A DNA stretch of 64,000 bases from Camelus ferus (taxonomy: Eukaryota): positions 97,280,001 through 97,344,000 of the forward strand of contig NC_045697.1 in NCBI RefSeq assembly GCF_009834535.1. The letters run 5' to 3'. Shown here one piece after another: positions 12,760-24,928 of the stretch; positions within the stretch are counted from its first letter, which is position 1, and each line of letters begins with the position of its first letter. The notes beneath the pieces were generated by a model, which did no database searches, was not told the origin of the DNA, and saw only the letters and a list, made by a program, of their open reading frames with translations. The translations under genes and the position numbers were made by a program.

Positions 12760-14560
12760 ATTAAGAGCAATGACAGTCACGTGTTCTCATCTCATTCTTT
12801 CAGCTCTTTCTTTAGACATTTATCTCTGTCTCTATAAATAATATGCTTACAGTGCTACTCTGAGGTTTTTTTTAAAGCCAATATCTATTCGCTTCCTCCT
12901 ATAAAAATTAAGGACTCAATTCTCTCTTTTTTGCCATGTTTCAAACCACTGCCTGTGTGTGCACTTACACACACCACACACACTTCACACTTCTGCTTGC
13001 CTCCTTTTCAAAATATATTTAGAATTTTATTAGTTTAATTAGTATTCAGCATTTAAATTATGGCAACTAAAGGTATGAAGACTGGTCACAGTTTAGCCTT
13101 CCTATGTATCAGGATGGTGTTTCCCTTCTGGCAGAACTTTGGTTTTGACGGCAATTATCTTATAATTTGCTTAGCAATCTGAGAATTAAATCACTAATTT
13201 ATGCCAAAATCTCTTCCATTAGTATTAACCTTTCCTTGATACATTCAAACACATCAGATATTTGGCTGACTTGATCTGTTAGAGAAATATTTATCAGGGT
13301 GGCTGAAAGTCTCCAGTCTGGGCTGACTGCTCCCGAGGTCTGTGGCTCCGTTGTCCCACTTCAAGTATCTATCTCTATCATCCTTCAGACCCCTTTCTCC
13401 TCTTTTTGCCTTAAATCTTCTTCCTAGGGCACGTAGGTTTCTTTTTTTTTTCTTCCTTGGTTTACATCTTTTATTTTGCTGGAGTCCCTCAACCAGTCTC
13501 TTGCTGAGAAAAGAGACAGTGAAAATGTTTTTGAGGCTATGCATGTCTGAATAAAGTTTCCTACCATCATATTTGTTTGATAGTTGAATGAGTACACAAT
13601 TATACTTTAGAAACACAATTTCCTTCAGAACTTCGAAGATGTTGCTTTTTATTTTCTCCTGGTTGCCTTGCCACTGTTGAGATATCTACTGCCATTCTGA
13701 TTCCTGATCCTTTTCCTGTGACCTCTACTTTCTTTTTCTCTGGAAGCTTTTAGGGCCCTCCTTTGTCAAACTTCGGTATTCCAGAATGTCAATATGATAT
13801 GCTTTGATAGAGGTGGCACCGGGCACCAGGTGGTTTCCTTGAGTCTAGGAAACATGTTCTACTCCTTTGAGAAATTTTCTTGAATAATTTCTTTGATATT
13901 TTTACACCTCTCTTTTTTCTCTCTGTTTCATTTTGGAAATACTTTTTTCAGGTAATGGAATACTGATCCTCTTATTTTCTTAACTTCTCACAACTATTTC
14001 TCATCAGTTTTTCAATTTTCCAATTTTCTAGGATGCTTTTTCAGTTTTATTTTCCAGCCTCTCAAATGAGTATTTTCAAGAAATTTCTGAACATACACAT
14101 ACATAACACACGCAGTTATATTTTCCCCAAGAGTTCTTTTCAGCTCTCTGAATACTCATTTTGTTTCATAGCTTAGACTTTCTTCTCTTTATTTCTCTGA
14201 GTACATTAATAAATTATTTGAAATTTTTTACCCCTGATTGTTTGTTTTCTCAAAGTTCCTTTTTACTTTTTCCTGTTTTATATTTTGATCTCTATCATTC
14301 CTGAAAGATCTTTCCTCAAATTAATGATTCCCAGTTATTCACTAATTTTTATGATTAGTGCACCAAAAGGAGGATTGGAAATTCTTTGGGCATGAGTGCA
14401 ACTTATGTACCTACAGGCTGATAGAACCTGAAGTAAGACTCTTTTCTCTCCCGTCTGTGAGAATTAAATTTATTTGTGAACATTCTGATGATCAAGAGAA
14501 GGAGTCAGGAAGTCACAAGTCTTAGTATATGGACTTTCAGGTAATCCTTTATTTTTAAAT
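12760..14560 (-). mobile_element. Ancient L1ME4/HAL1-type LINE relic (ORF1 region)
   Basis: Recalled consensus match around 13600-13850 ('ttccttcagaacttcgaag...gccattctgattcctgatccttt...ctctggaagcttttagg'). Outer boundaries are uncertain. Confidence 0.6.
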
Positions 14561-14661
14561 GGTATATGTCCTTTTAAATGAAAGATAGGAAGAAAATTTC
14601 TCCTATTTCCTGTTTATTCAGATTATGCACAAATTGTTAGGTATTTATGTGAAAGTTACAT

Positions 14662-14747
14662 ATGAATGTCTTTTAAATAAGTATACTCAACATACAAATA
14701 AAAATATAAAGAAAACATTCTGGGATTTGTAGACAAAGATGTAAAAG
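14662..14747. repeat. Left copy of the ~86-bp direct duplication flanking an LTR
   Basis: Aligns to 15377-15461 with about 7 substitutions and 1 gap (hand alignment). Confidence 0.95.
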
Positions 14748-15376
14748 TGATGCAGGAAAAACGGGTCTGGGGCATGGGGAGGGTCGTGTCCCCGGTCACC
14801 GTTGAGTCACTGGGACGTGCCCCACCAGGTATGGGTCCTTGGCTTCACGCAGGAAAGAATTCAAGAATGAGCCACAGTTGAGTAACAGCAGATTTATTTA
14901 GAGAGATACATGCTGCAGAGAGTATAGGCTGTTTCAGAAGGCAAGAGAAAGGCCAGGAGGTGTGGGGGATGGATGCTCAGGTTAGAGTAAAAGCAGGTAT
15001 ACACACCACAGACAAAGTGCGGCTGTCTCCAAAGAGGAGGGAGCAAAAAAGGCATGCTCGAGGTGCTGTGTTGCCAGTTTTTATGGGCTTGGTAGCTTTA
15101 TATGCTATTAAGTGGAAGGACCAGCCTAACTACCCTAGGCAAGGGGCTGGGATTCCCAGGAAGTTGGCCATTTCCACACTTTGACCTTTTGTGACTAGCC
15201 TTGGGGCTGTCATGGCACCTGTGGGCATGTTATTTATCATGCTGATATGTTACAATGAGCATATTATGAAGCTCAAGTTCTACTAGAAGTCAAATCTCCT
15301 GACATCTTGAGCCTCAAGGCCTACTAGGGGTTGAATTCTCTGCCATCCTGGTGTTAATTGCTGTGTTATTCCTTGA
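14748..15376 (-). mobile_element. ERV1-type solo LTR, lineage-specific, with an apparently truncated U3 end
   Basis: GC-richer island starting TG at 14748. Minus-strand AATAAA at 14893-14898, a TATA-like box near 15078, and the ERV1-LTR motif 'ggcttcacgcaggaaagaattcaag'. No terminal CA at the right end. Confidence 0.8.
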
Positions 15377-15461
15377 ATGAATGTCTTTTAAATAAGCATA
15401 CTCAACATACAAATAAAAATATAAAGAAAATACTCAGGATTTATAGATAAAGATGTAAAGG
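15377..15461. repeat. Right copy of the ~86-bp direct duplication
   Basis: See 14662-14747. Confidence 0.95.
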
Positions 15462-18400
15462 CATATGACAAATGGTTGTGGTGCACAGTATGTATGTATA
15501 TAGAATATACCAAGTCGTGTTTGACAAAGTGTTCCAATAAGGATCTGGTTGGAACACAAGACAATTATAGTTTTCCCAGGTATATACTACCAATCATTCT
15601 GTTCTTTATCACAGATGCCAGTTTACATTTTCAATCCGATTCTGGAGAATTAGAATTCCTTTATAATTATATTCATTTGTACATGGACTGTATTGTGCAT
15701 GGGGAACTATTGTTGGTTTTTTCATGATAATAACATAAAAAGTCTTCACTAAGAATGGGACATTCTATTCTCTGCTCCTTTTTTTGGTATTAAGGATATA
15801 ATATCAAAATAGCTCTCTGTATTATTTCTTTTCTTATTATTCTTCAAAACCGAAACCAAAGATAAATCCTCACATAAAAAGATTCCCATCAGTATAATCA
15901 TTTCAAAATTTTCAATGAAGGCTGAGCTTTCAGGTTTGATTCTCTCATCTCTTTAGATAAAATTCATGGGTACTGTCATCGCATGTACTATAGGTGATGG
16001 AAGGAAGAAGCTGATGAATTTTAAAAGCTTTTTCAATATGGAGGAGGCTGGTTTATAATGTATATAAATCTTTATAAAATGTTCACCCTTGAGCGAGGTG
16101 TGGAATATGGCAATGCCTACTTCTGTGCTGGTATCAGGCCTCATAAAAGCAAATCTTATGAAATTCAGCAAGCCGCAGTAATTCTACCTTCTCTAAAATA
16201 CATGGGAATTTCATACAACATAGTGATTAGGGCAATCCATGTAATAGTAACTTTTGCTTACCAATCAGTTGTGAATTTGGTACTGGAATACAATTTTCCT
16301 GATCCTAACAGCTTTCATGGAATATACCTGAACCCTAAAAGTTTGTACTTTGACCATAACACAAACGGTGAGATTTTAGAAAGCTTTGGTATGTGAGACA
16401 GCCCCTCTTGGCTGTGTGTGGCAGAGAAAGTCTTTTTCTCACCTTTCCCTACAGAGCAAACAGGCATTTGACTTCCATTATATTGGTATTCAGAAGAATC
16501 CTTACTACGCATCAACAGGTTTGCTCCTTTGCTTTCTGTAAACTGGGCAGAGTGATTTTACTACACGCAGAGAATAATCCAGCCTGCGTATCTCATCAGC
16601 TAGTGCTGTACTGCACGGGGAGATCCAGGTAGTAGGTGGACAAGGACAACACAATGCGTTCACTCCCCAAGTTCTCCAGGTTAATTTGAGAGTCCCTTTT
16701 GAAACCTTTGAACTGATATATACTACTGCATTTTTTTACTAGGTGTCATTTGGTACAGCTTCTCTGCTAATATGAGAAATTAAACTATCTGTGTTTACAC
16801 TGTTCTTGTCTCAAATTAGTGAATTTACCACATTAAAATCCACTTTTACAGTCCAGGAAGAAGTTTACTGCACTTCTTACTACATATAAAATAATAATAA
16901 CAACAACAACAGCAATAAAACATTTTGCTCATAAATGTTATTACCCACAAAACTCATCAGCAGTATCATCAGGAAAATAAGTTATAACACACCTAATATT
17001 GATTCGTTAACAATAGTTCAGGCAATGCTACTTAACCGAACTGGAAAATTTTAACACTGAGTTTATTAATACTGATTTTGATACTCTAAGACAGGTTATA
17101 AAAAATATTATGCACATTGGTAACAACCTCTCCTGTTAGAGGAGTAGAGTGACAAGGAATAAATAACCAATGAAATAAAATAGTGCATAAATAAGCCAGT
17201 GCACTCTACTGTAATATAAATTCTCCAGAAGAGGTAAGCTTGAGGGAAAAAAGTTTGTTCAATTTCTACTATTCTTTGAATCATATTTTCGCTGAAAATT
17301 TTTTTCTCAAGTTTATAAGGGACTATTTTGGCAGTAAGTAGACAGAATCCTCCATCAGTGATTACACATTTTATGTTCACTTTGATATTTAAAGGTTATT
17401 ATGGAAATGCACATTTTCCTTTAACTTCATTTTTTAACATAAAGAATTTCCAGAATTAAATGGAAAGATTCATTTATCCTACATCAAAGTGTATCTAAAA
17501 ATCTATAATGCACATTTAGAAATACTCTAACACTCCAATCAATTTTGCCTAAACTAATTTGGATTTGCTAAAATGCAAATAAGGTTAATTTAGTTACTTT
17601 TGCATTATTCACCATTATTGTCATCAAAAAACATTCATTAAAAAATATATTTCCACTTAACCTAGTTGTAGTTGCTATACATAAAATTTAATGAGGTATA
17701 ATTATTGGCTATTAGTGACAAATTCTATGATAGTAATATACAGTAAATTAGAAATTTGTATTGCAGTTTTCCAGTGGTTTATCAATGTAGGCAGATTATA
17801 TAGACCAAAGTACTTATCTTCACATATGTAAACCAAATTTAAATAAATTATTCAATATTTGTTTTTATTCTTACTTCACATTTAACACAAATAATTCAGT
17901 CTCTGATCTATAAAGAATTAGAGTGTCCGGGTTCATTCGCCTCTTGATCACATATTTTCTTATGTGGAAATGCTCTTACAAAAACAGAAGTCTAAAATCG
18001 GAATCTGATCTTGTGGAGTAAAGAGATTTTTTAATTGGATCTAATTGCTACATTGCTTCCTTTGTTTTGAGATGACTTTACAAATCCTCTGCCAGCACCA
18101 TCACTTAGAGAATTTCAGATCAGAGATTTTCAAAATCAGTGAAACAATAGTATAAAGAGAAATTCTTCTCCCTGAAAATAATTGAATTTGTGAAAAATAA
18201 TATGGGATGAGAAATACAAATAAAGCTCAAGGTGGGCAAAGGATTTTAAATGAACATGGACTCTGTGAACCCCCAGAGAGAAACAGCAATGTGGAATTAC
18301 CATTAGTTTTCTGAGGATGTGGAAACTTTATTTCTCGTGCCAGGATATGTGAAGCAAAACCGAGTTTCCAAATGTGAAACTGTCTGGCAGGCAGTTTTAT

Positions 18401-20199
18401 TTTTAAAAATTTTACAACTGTTGGTTGAAACTTCAGCCATTTCGAGATACTGGATGGATTTTTAAAAAATCCTGTAGCAAAAGTATTGATTTGTATTCAC
18501 TCAAAGTTTAATAGTGTCCAGAAAAGTTTAAGAGAACCAAATAGCTAGATAACTCACAAAAACACATTTGCTTTTGACAGAAAAACAAACAATAAAACCA
18601 TTTGGTTTTTACATTTAAGTATATTGCGGTGCTCTTACTGACTAAGCAATGGGATGACATTCTCAGAATAAGAATAAGGGTAGAGGAGGGGACCAATGCC
18701 TCAACTAAATAATGAAATATCAGAGAACAATTTTGGCTATAAATGTACCATCTTCTTAAATGAATGTGCTAATTTCCCTCTTTCCCCCATAACAATCGAT
18801 TTTCCCTATTATAAAAATGGAAATATTTTTAAATGAATTGAAACATTACTCTCATGGAAATGTAATCTTCAGATTTCTCCATCATATATAGAAGATTTGA
18901 ATGTAGAACAATATTTAAAAATAGTATCTTGCTCATACATTCATTCTGTTTTTATGTTCTAAAAAGCATTATATTAGTCACAGTGATATTTGTGGTGATT
19001 TTTAACTCATTCTTATCTTTTCATATTTTTGTCCACTTTGCATTCATTTCTGTTTTTTCACATTAAAATTTTAAATATGCTAATCACAAAAAATGTAACT
19101 AATATTTTAAAAAATAATTATCAGTGTGGAATCTATGCTAATCAATGTATTGACAATCAATGGACAAAACGAGATGCACAGAATGTTTAGAAAATACAGA
19201 GAATCTTTATCTTTAATATATTTATTCTTTGTATTTATAATCTTAGTTTACTGTCTGCATTTGGTCTTCAGAATGAAAGGGCTCACAGCTAATATAGCTG
19301 GGATAATTGAGCATTGATGCAATTAATAGTCTCATACTCTCAGAAGTCACACATCACATATTTGAGAAATAGAAAGCTGGATTTTCCCCAAGAAATGGAA
19401 ACTCTTATGAAACATACAGAAACATATTTTCATGGTTACTTTGATACCTGAAATTCTCTCATCTTTGGATTTTTATCTGGACCCTTTTGCATCTGTAACT
19501 TCAACTCATTTGCTGATACTGCTTTAAATTTTTTGTATGATCTGTTTCTGTTAATTTATTTTATTTTCCCCTCTTTATATCCTCACTTGCCTCCAGGTCT
19601 GAATTTTCTTTCTTCCTTTTTAAAAATTAAGTTCTTATTTGGGAAACCAACCATTTTAAAATCAGCACTCTGCTCTGTAAACTTGTCCTTGGAGTTCACC
19701 TCAGTTGTGGATACATACCCTGGATTTAACACTTTTTTATCCATAATGCACTTGAGCATATTCCTGACCTTGCCTTTCCTCTACATACCAGTATCCCTGG
19801 GTTCCTGCCTCTAGGCTTTCCTACTGCCATTCTTTGTCATTCAAAACTGAGATTTTTAAGTTTTACCCGCCCCTTGATACTATTACCTAATAATCTTACC
19901 TCCGGATTAAATATACAATACAAATAGAAAAAGATTTCTGCAGCATTCTTTAAGCCTATGCAGCACAAGAGATAACATTGCTTTTAAAATCTTTTTTCTC
20001 TCTTATTGACCAATAAAACTCAGTTGAGAGCTTGTATGTCAGTGTCATTACCCACAATCATGATATTTGGGAATTCCTCTTAGAGATTTGGGTTCTCTTC
20101 ACAAAATTAATCAGCAATATTAAAAGCCTTCATAATATTGCAACTGAGCCTTATATCATAAACCTTCCCAGCTTGTGAGTGAGTAAATCATGTTACCTT

Positions 20200-20915
20200 C
20201 TGTCTTCAAATTTTGCTAGTCTAAAAGCTCCACTGCACAGCCCCAGGAAGTCCAGTGTATTACAACAGATGTCTTCCTAAATATTTTGAAAAGTCCAGGA
20301 TGCAGCTTTATCGTCCACAGGCTTGGCTAGTTTATGGCTTGGTTTTGCTGCCACTCCATTGGGACAGCTCAAGCCTGACCAGTCTGCCAAGACACTGCCT
20401 AGAAATGGCAGTTCTGCTGCTAACTCATTCGCCACCACTGCAGGTGCTGTTGCAGTTGAAATTCCACTTCAGTATTTTTCTGTACTGAGAGAAAAGTGTC
20501 ATTATCCGTGATGGGAGAAGGCAGAAGATCTCATAATAAGGTTCTTGAAGGCTCAGAAATTTACAGTGCTGAGTTTTGCCTTCTCCATTATGGCCAACTT
20601 AGGCATCTTTCATAGCTTCAGCAAACACTCCTGATAGAGATTTTACCGTAACAGCTCTGTCTGGCCACCATCGTCAGATTTCTCATTGCCATTATTATTG
20701 CTGCCACTTTACATATAACAAGAGAGGCCCTAAAATTACAACTGGGGATGCATCCTGTGCTAGAAATTTGTAGCATGGACTCTACTCCACTTTCTGTCTT
20801 CTTCTCATTGCTCTCCAGTGCATTCAAAGAATTCTTTATTAAATTTTGTCCAATATTTATAATTACTATCCATGGGAGGTAGTCCAATGGAAGGAGTGCT
20901 ATCATTACCTGGAAG
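20200..20915 (-). mobile_element. Ancient LINE-1 (L1M) 5' region relic
   Basis: 'ttttgtccaatatttataattactatccatgggaggtagtcca...atcattacctggaag' resembles the antisense 5' tip of old L1M families. It may extend left to ~19430. Confidence 0.45.
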
Positions 20916-21607
20916 AAGTTCCCATACTGTATTTTGAATCTTACACTTTCATATACATTCAAAAGGTCCTGTCATATTCTAGCTTAATTGTGGGAAAATT
21001 CCTTTAGACCTACTACTTTTATACAGATCCATGATTTCCTTCCACATTTTTTTACGTGAAGTAGTCTCACTCTATTGTTTACAGTTTTTTGTTATTCTTT
21101 TCAATATGTCGTTACATCTCATTAATTTTCACACTAGCTGCATTCTTCCGCTATTAAGAGCAGTCCAAGATTTTTTTCCTGTCATAATTCTCTATACATA
21201 GAGCATAAAAATGGTATGCATACAAGGATATGGAATGACTACTAAAACCACAATCCTAGTATATTTTAACACCATCTATTTCCAACTCTGTAAAATAACT
21301 GGCTTTATTTCATATCAAATCCTTTTGAAACATGAATGATAAAAACAAATAAATATCAGAAATGCAGTCTTCATTTTTTGAGTTTCAACTTTCTCTTTAA
21401 AAAATTAAATGCTTTAGACTGTCTTTTATTTTATCCAGCTTAAAAATCCTATAACTTTATGTTTCTGTTTTTCTACAAATTTTTCTATCCAACTTTAATG
21501 TCATGCTTTCTCTTTTCTTCTTTAGCTCATTTACTCTATTAAAGTAGATCACACACAAAAAATGTATCATCTAATCACTGGATTTTGTGGGGTGTTTAAA
21601 GTTCCAT

Positions 21608-22047
21608 TGTGCTATCTGTCCTTGGTGTGCACCACTCAGCTCTCCCTTCAGAAGGACTATTGTTTCAGTAAGACTGACAGCCTCCAACTGGTATGCCTTC
21701 AGATTCTTTAGGGAGCTCACGCTGAGGCTATACTTTGTCCAGGCTGCTGACAAAGACTGAGGATGTCAAGGGTACTAAAGGTGGGCCATTTCTACCCAAC
21801 ATGTCGCTGCTTTAATGAGAAACCATTCTTAGGGTCTTTCTCAGAGCAGTTCTACAACAGGAGCTCTCCCTATCTCATCCTCCTTCTTTCCCTCTCTCCT
21901 TTCGTTGATGTCATACCTGGAGCATGTTGTGAAGGCTCTTTCCATCACTTTTGAGATGTCCTCCTTTAACTCTAACAGCCATTTATCACAGTATGTCTCA
22001 TGTCTAAACATATGTTGATGTCTTCTTCTTAGATGGCATGACAGGCA
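21608..22047 (+). mobile_element. LTR16-like ERVL 5' LTR
   Basis: Begins TG. The 3' end resembles LTR16 ('tgtctaaacatatgttgatgtcttcttcttagatgg...') and runs straight into the ERVL internal start 'agtcggtactgagagtagttcagg'. Confidence 0.7.
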
Positions 22048-23960
22048 GAGTCGGTACTGAGAGTAGTTCAGGAAAAGAAGCATAAAGATGGATTCGGGGA
22101 CTGGCTCACTTGCTGTCTGCTGGTAAGGAGAACTCAATCATAAGAAAAATAGGAAACAAAAATTGGTGACCCAATTGCTTAACATTTTGCTGGTAGTGAG
22201 TTAGGGAAATTCCCTAATGGAAATAATGACTCTTGCTGGTGGTGCAGTGATCCAGTCATTTGAATGATGAGGTGGGGGTGGGGATTGGGGTTGAAGACAT
22301 GCTATAAGGACAGTGGATTTAGATGGCTATTTCTGAGTTATATTCATGTACTGCAGAGGGAAAACAGTAAAGTGATGGACAGTAAAAGTTAATTTGGCCA
22401 TGTACAATATGGACCTAAGAGTCAAGTTGCTTTTTGTTTGTATCCCCTGTCACACAAAAGCAGCACAATGTCTGGAAAGCCTCATAGAATTCTAAAGGCA
22501 ACACATTCCACACTTAGAATTACTGCTTTGGCCCACATACTTGGAGACTCAGAAGGCTGTTAGACTTGAGTGGGGCTCTGAACAACAATAACAACAACAA
22601 AAAAGCTTCACAGCAGGTCTTGGCTGCAGTGCAAGCAGCCTGTGGCTTGGATCATAGTATCTGTCAGACTCTATGAAGTTAGAGATTTCAGTGGTGAAAA
22701 GATACAAGTGTTTACAAGATTCAGTGAGAATCACAATGCAGTTCCTTGAAGCTTAAGTGCAAGGCCATGTGATCGGCACTAGAAAATTACACAACTTTCA
22801 GGAAACAGCTCCTGGGGTGCTGTTGAGCCCTGGTGGGAAAGAGAAGGCTGTCTGAGGGGCAGCAAAAGAGCATGCCATCCATAAATACCCACGATGAGCA
22901 GGGTCTGTTCCACAGGCCTAGTCATAAAGTCACACAGGGCCAGTAGCAGTCCATTACTAATATATTAATATTTAGATCTAAATGGGACATCAACGGTCAG
23001 ACCAAGAAGGATTAGAGGGCATAAGTAAGTGGAGAGCAGGTATCCCAGATCTCCATACCACCCACCCAAACTACATCCACACTCAACCTCCACCTGTCCC
23101 TGTGACCATGTGGGCTGTACCTATGACTAGCTGAAGAAGGAGGGAAAAGCCCTATGGATGGGTTTACCTTGCTGTATGGATGCAAGTGAAAATGGATGGT
23201 GGCTTCATTACAACTATTTTCAGGGAGTGAATTGAGAGACAGAGGACAGGGAAAATCTTTAAGTAGTTGATTCTGCAAGTGATGCACCTGTCACACTTTT
23301 GGTGAAAGCAGAAGTAACCCTAGTTAAGACTCTATTCAGATTCTTGTGCTGTGGCAATGACCTGGTCAGTTGGTGAAGGTAAAAGGAAAAAACTGTAAGA
23401 TTGAATGAAGAAGTCTGTCATGGAGAGTGGTTGGTGGATGGATGGACATAGGCACAAAGTGGGAAGATTTTGATATCACTCATTAATATCTACGAGAAAA
23501 CAACCCTCATGGAAGAGTAGAAAAGCCAAGGAGAAAAATGACTTAGTCAGTAGATGTTAGTCAGACTTTGCCAATGGCCAGCCCCAGAACTGGCTCAGTG
23601 GGCACAAACACAGAGTGAACATGGTGGCAGAAGTACAGAAGTGGAGACTACATGTGGACCAACAGTATGTTCTCCTTCTTACCCAGGGCAGTTTGACCAA
23701 TGTCACCCTCTGAATTTCCTACTTCCCAGTGAAAGAGATCAACATAGAACCCCTAATAGGTTATGATTTATCAGGAAAACCAGCTGGCCACTCAGTGGCA
23801 AGTTGAGTACATTGGACCCCTTCTATCTGAGAAGGGCCAGTGAGTCATCCTCACTGGGTACATGTTTTATTTTCTTGCCTGCAGGGCCTCATCCACACCA
23901 CTAACTGGGGGCTGATGGAATGCCTGATCTGTGAGTGTAGAACCCTGTAGAGCAGTGACT
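22048..23960 (+). mobile_element. Internally deleted HERV16/ERV3-16A3-like ERVL internal region (gag N-terminus fused to RT thumb, RNase H and integrase N-terminus)
   Basis: Gag start at ~22088-22395 (YKDSGFRWLFLSYIHVLQREN). Then 'AAQCLESLIEF*RQHIPHLELLLWPTYLETQKAVRLEWGSEQ' (~22460-22585). Integrase zinc-finger relic 'PELAQWAQTQSEHGGR' in ORF 23554-23766, and 'QLATQWQVEYIGPL' at ~23782-23823. Confidence 0.9.
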
Positions 23961-24034
23961 TTTTGCACATTTTATTAGCCTTTTTCTTGCCGTATTTAAA
24001 ATTCAGCAAATGCTGACAAAATGTAGAGTAATGA

Positions 24035-24345
24035 CTGTGTCAAGTTCCCTTTCCTGGGCCTGCCCTCTCTCTAGGATCTTGCCCCTCTAATCTCTGCAGC
24101 CTTGGCAGCTCTGAACTCAGATTTTTGTCTCTCCAGTCGTTTGGTATTTCCAGTGGTTCTTCTGGCTTCTCTGTTGCTTGCCTATAGCCCTTTGCCTGTA
24201 TTTTCTTCTCACACAGAGGGCGAGCATTGGCAGACGCCCTAAAAAGAAAAGCAGCTTGAAGACTGATGACTACTTTCTCCGTGGTTTCCTTCTCTTTGGA
24301 ATCCTTAGCCTCTCTAGGCATGGTTGTCTTGACAGCTTCCAAGTT
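24035..24345 (-). mobile_element. Ancient L1ME/L1MC-type 5' end fragment
   Basis: 'ggatcttgcccctctaatctctgcagccttggcagctctgaactcagatttttgtctc' matches recalled old-L1 5' UTR sequence. Confidence 0.55.
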
Positions 24346-24682
24346 TTTTCAAAAAGAATATTGTGCACTTTACTTAGATTTCTGGCTTTTCTCAGGGAGG
24401 GGCATGGGCATTACAGTGCCACCAGATACTTCTTCCTAGCTGGACATAGATGTGCTCTGTAAGTGCTTAAATGAAACCTTGAGGGTCAAATGTCAGCAGT
24501 GACTGCTGTACAAATTAATCGTTTAGAAGTGACACTTGTTTTTTACAATATCCCAATATCAATGCTCAATTATCTATTAAATATTTCTTTCAGTCATCTT
24601 ACTTTTTTACTTCCATAAATGGGAAACCAATATCACCTGAAGTAAACGCAAAATGATAAGAGAAAAAAATAAACAGTAATTC

Positions 24683-24928
24683 AGTAGTTAACATTTTTGA
24701 ACTCATAATATATGACAGAAAATAAGTTTTTGAAATTCTTTATATGAATAAATATTATCTCATTATAGTTCAGTGCCCTCAAAAGTAGGTATTGTCACAT
24801 ATGAAGAAAACTGAAGCATGGAGAGGTTGAGAAACTTACCTGAGGTCACCAACCAGTAGGTAGTAGAGCCAGGGACTGGACAAAGCTGGTCTGGCTTCGG
24901 AGCCCAAACACTTAACATCTATATTCTA
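24683..24928 (-). mobile_element. MIR SINE
   Basis: Core 'atgaagaaaactgaagcatggagaggttgagaaacttacctgaggtcac...agtagagccaggg'. Confidence 0.8.

Noticed and set aside
16058..16396. 112-aa plus-strand ORF in unique sequence
   Set aside because: No recognisable domain or gene structure; this length can occur by chance in 64 kb.
24040..24342. 100-aa charged ORF that looks protein-like
   Set aside because: It lies within an old L1 5' relic and has no recognisable homology.
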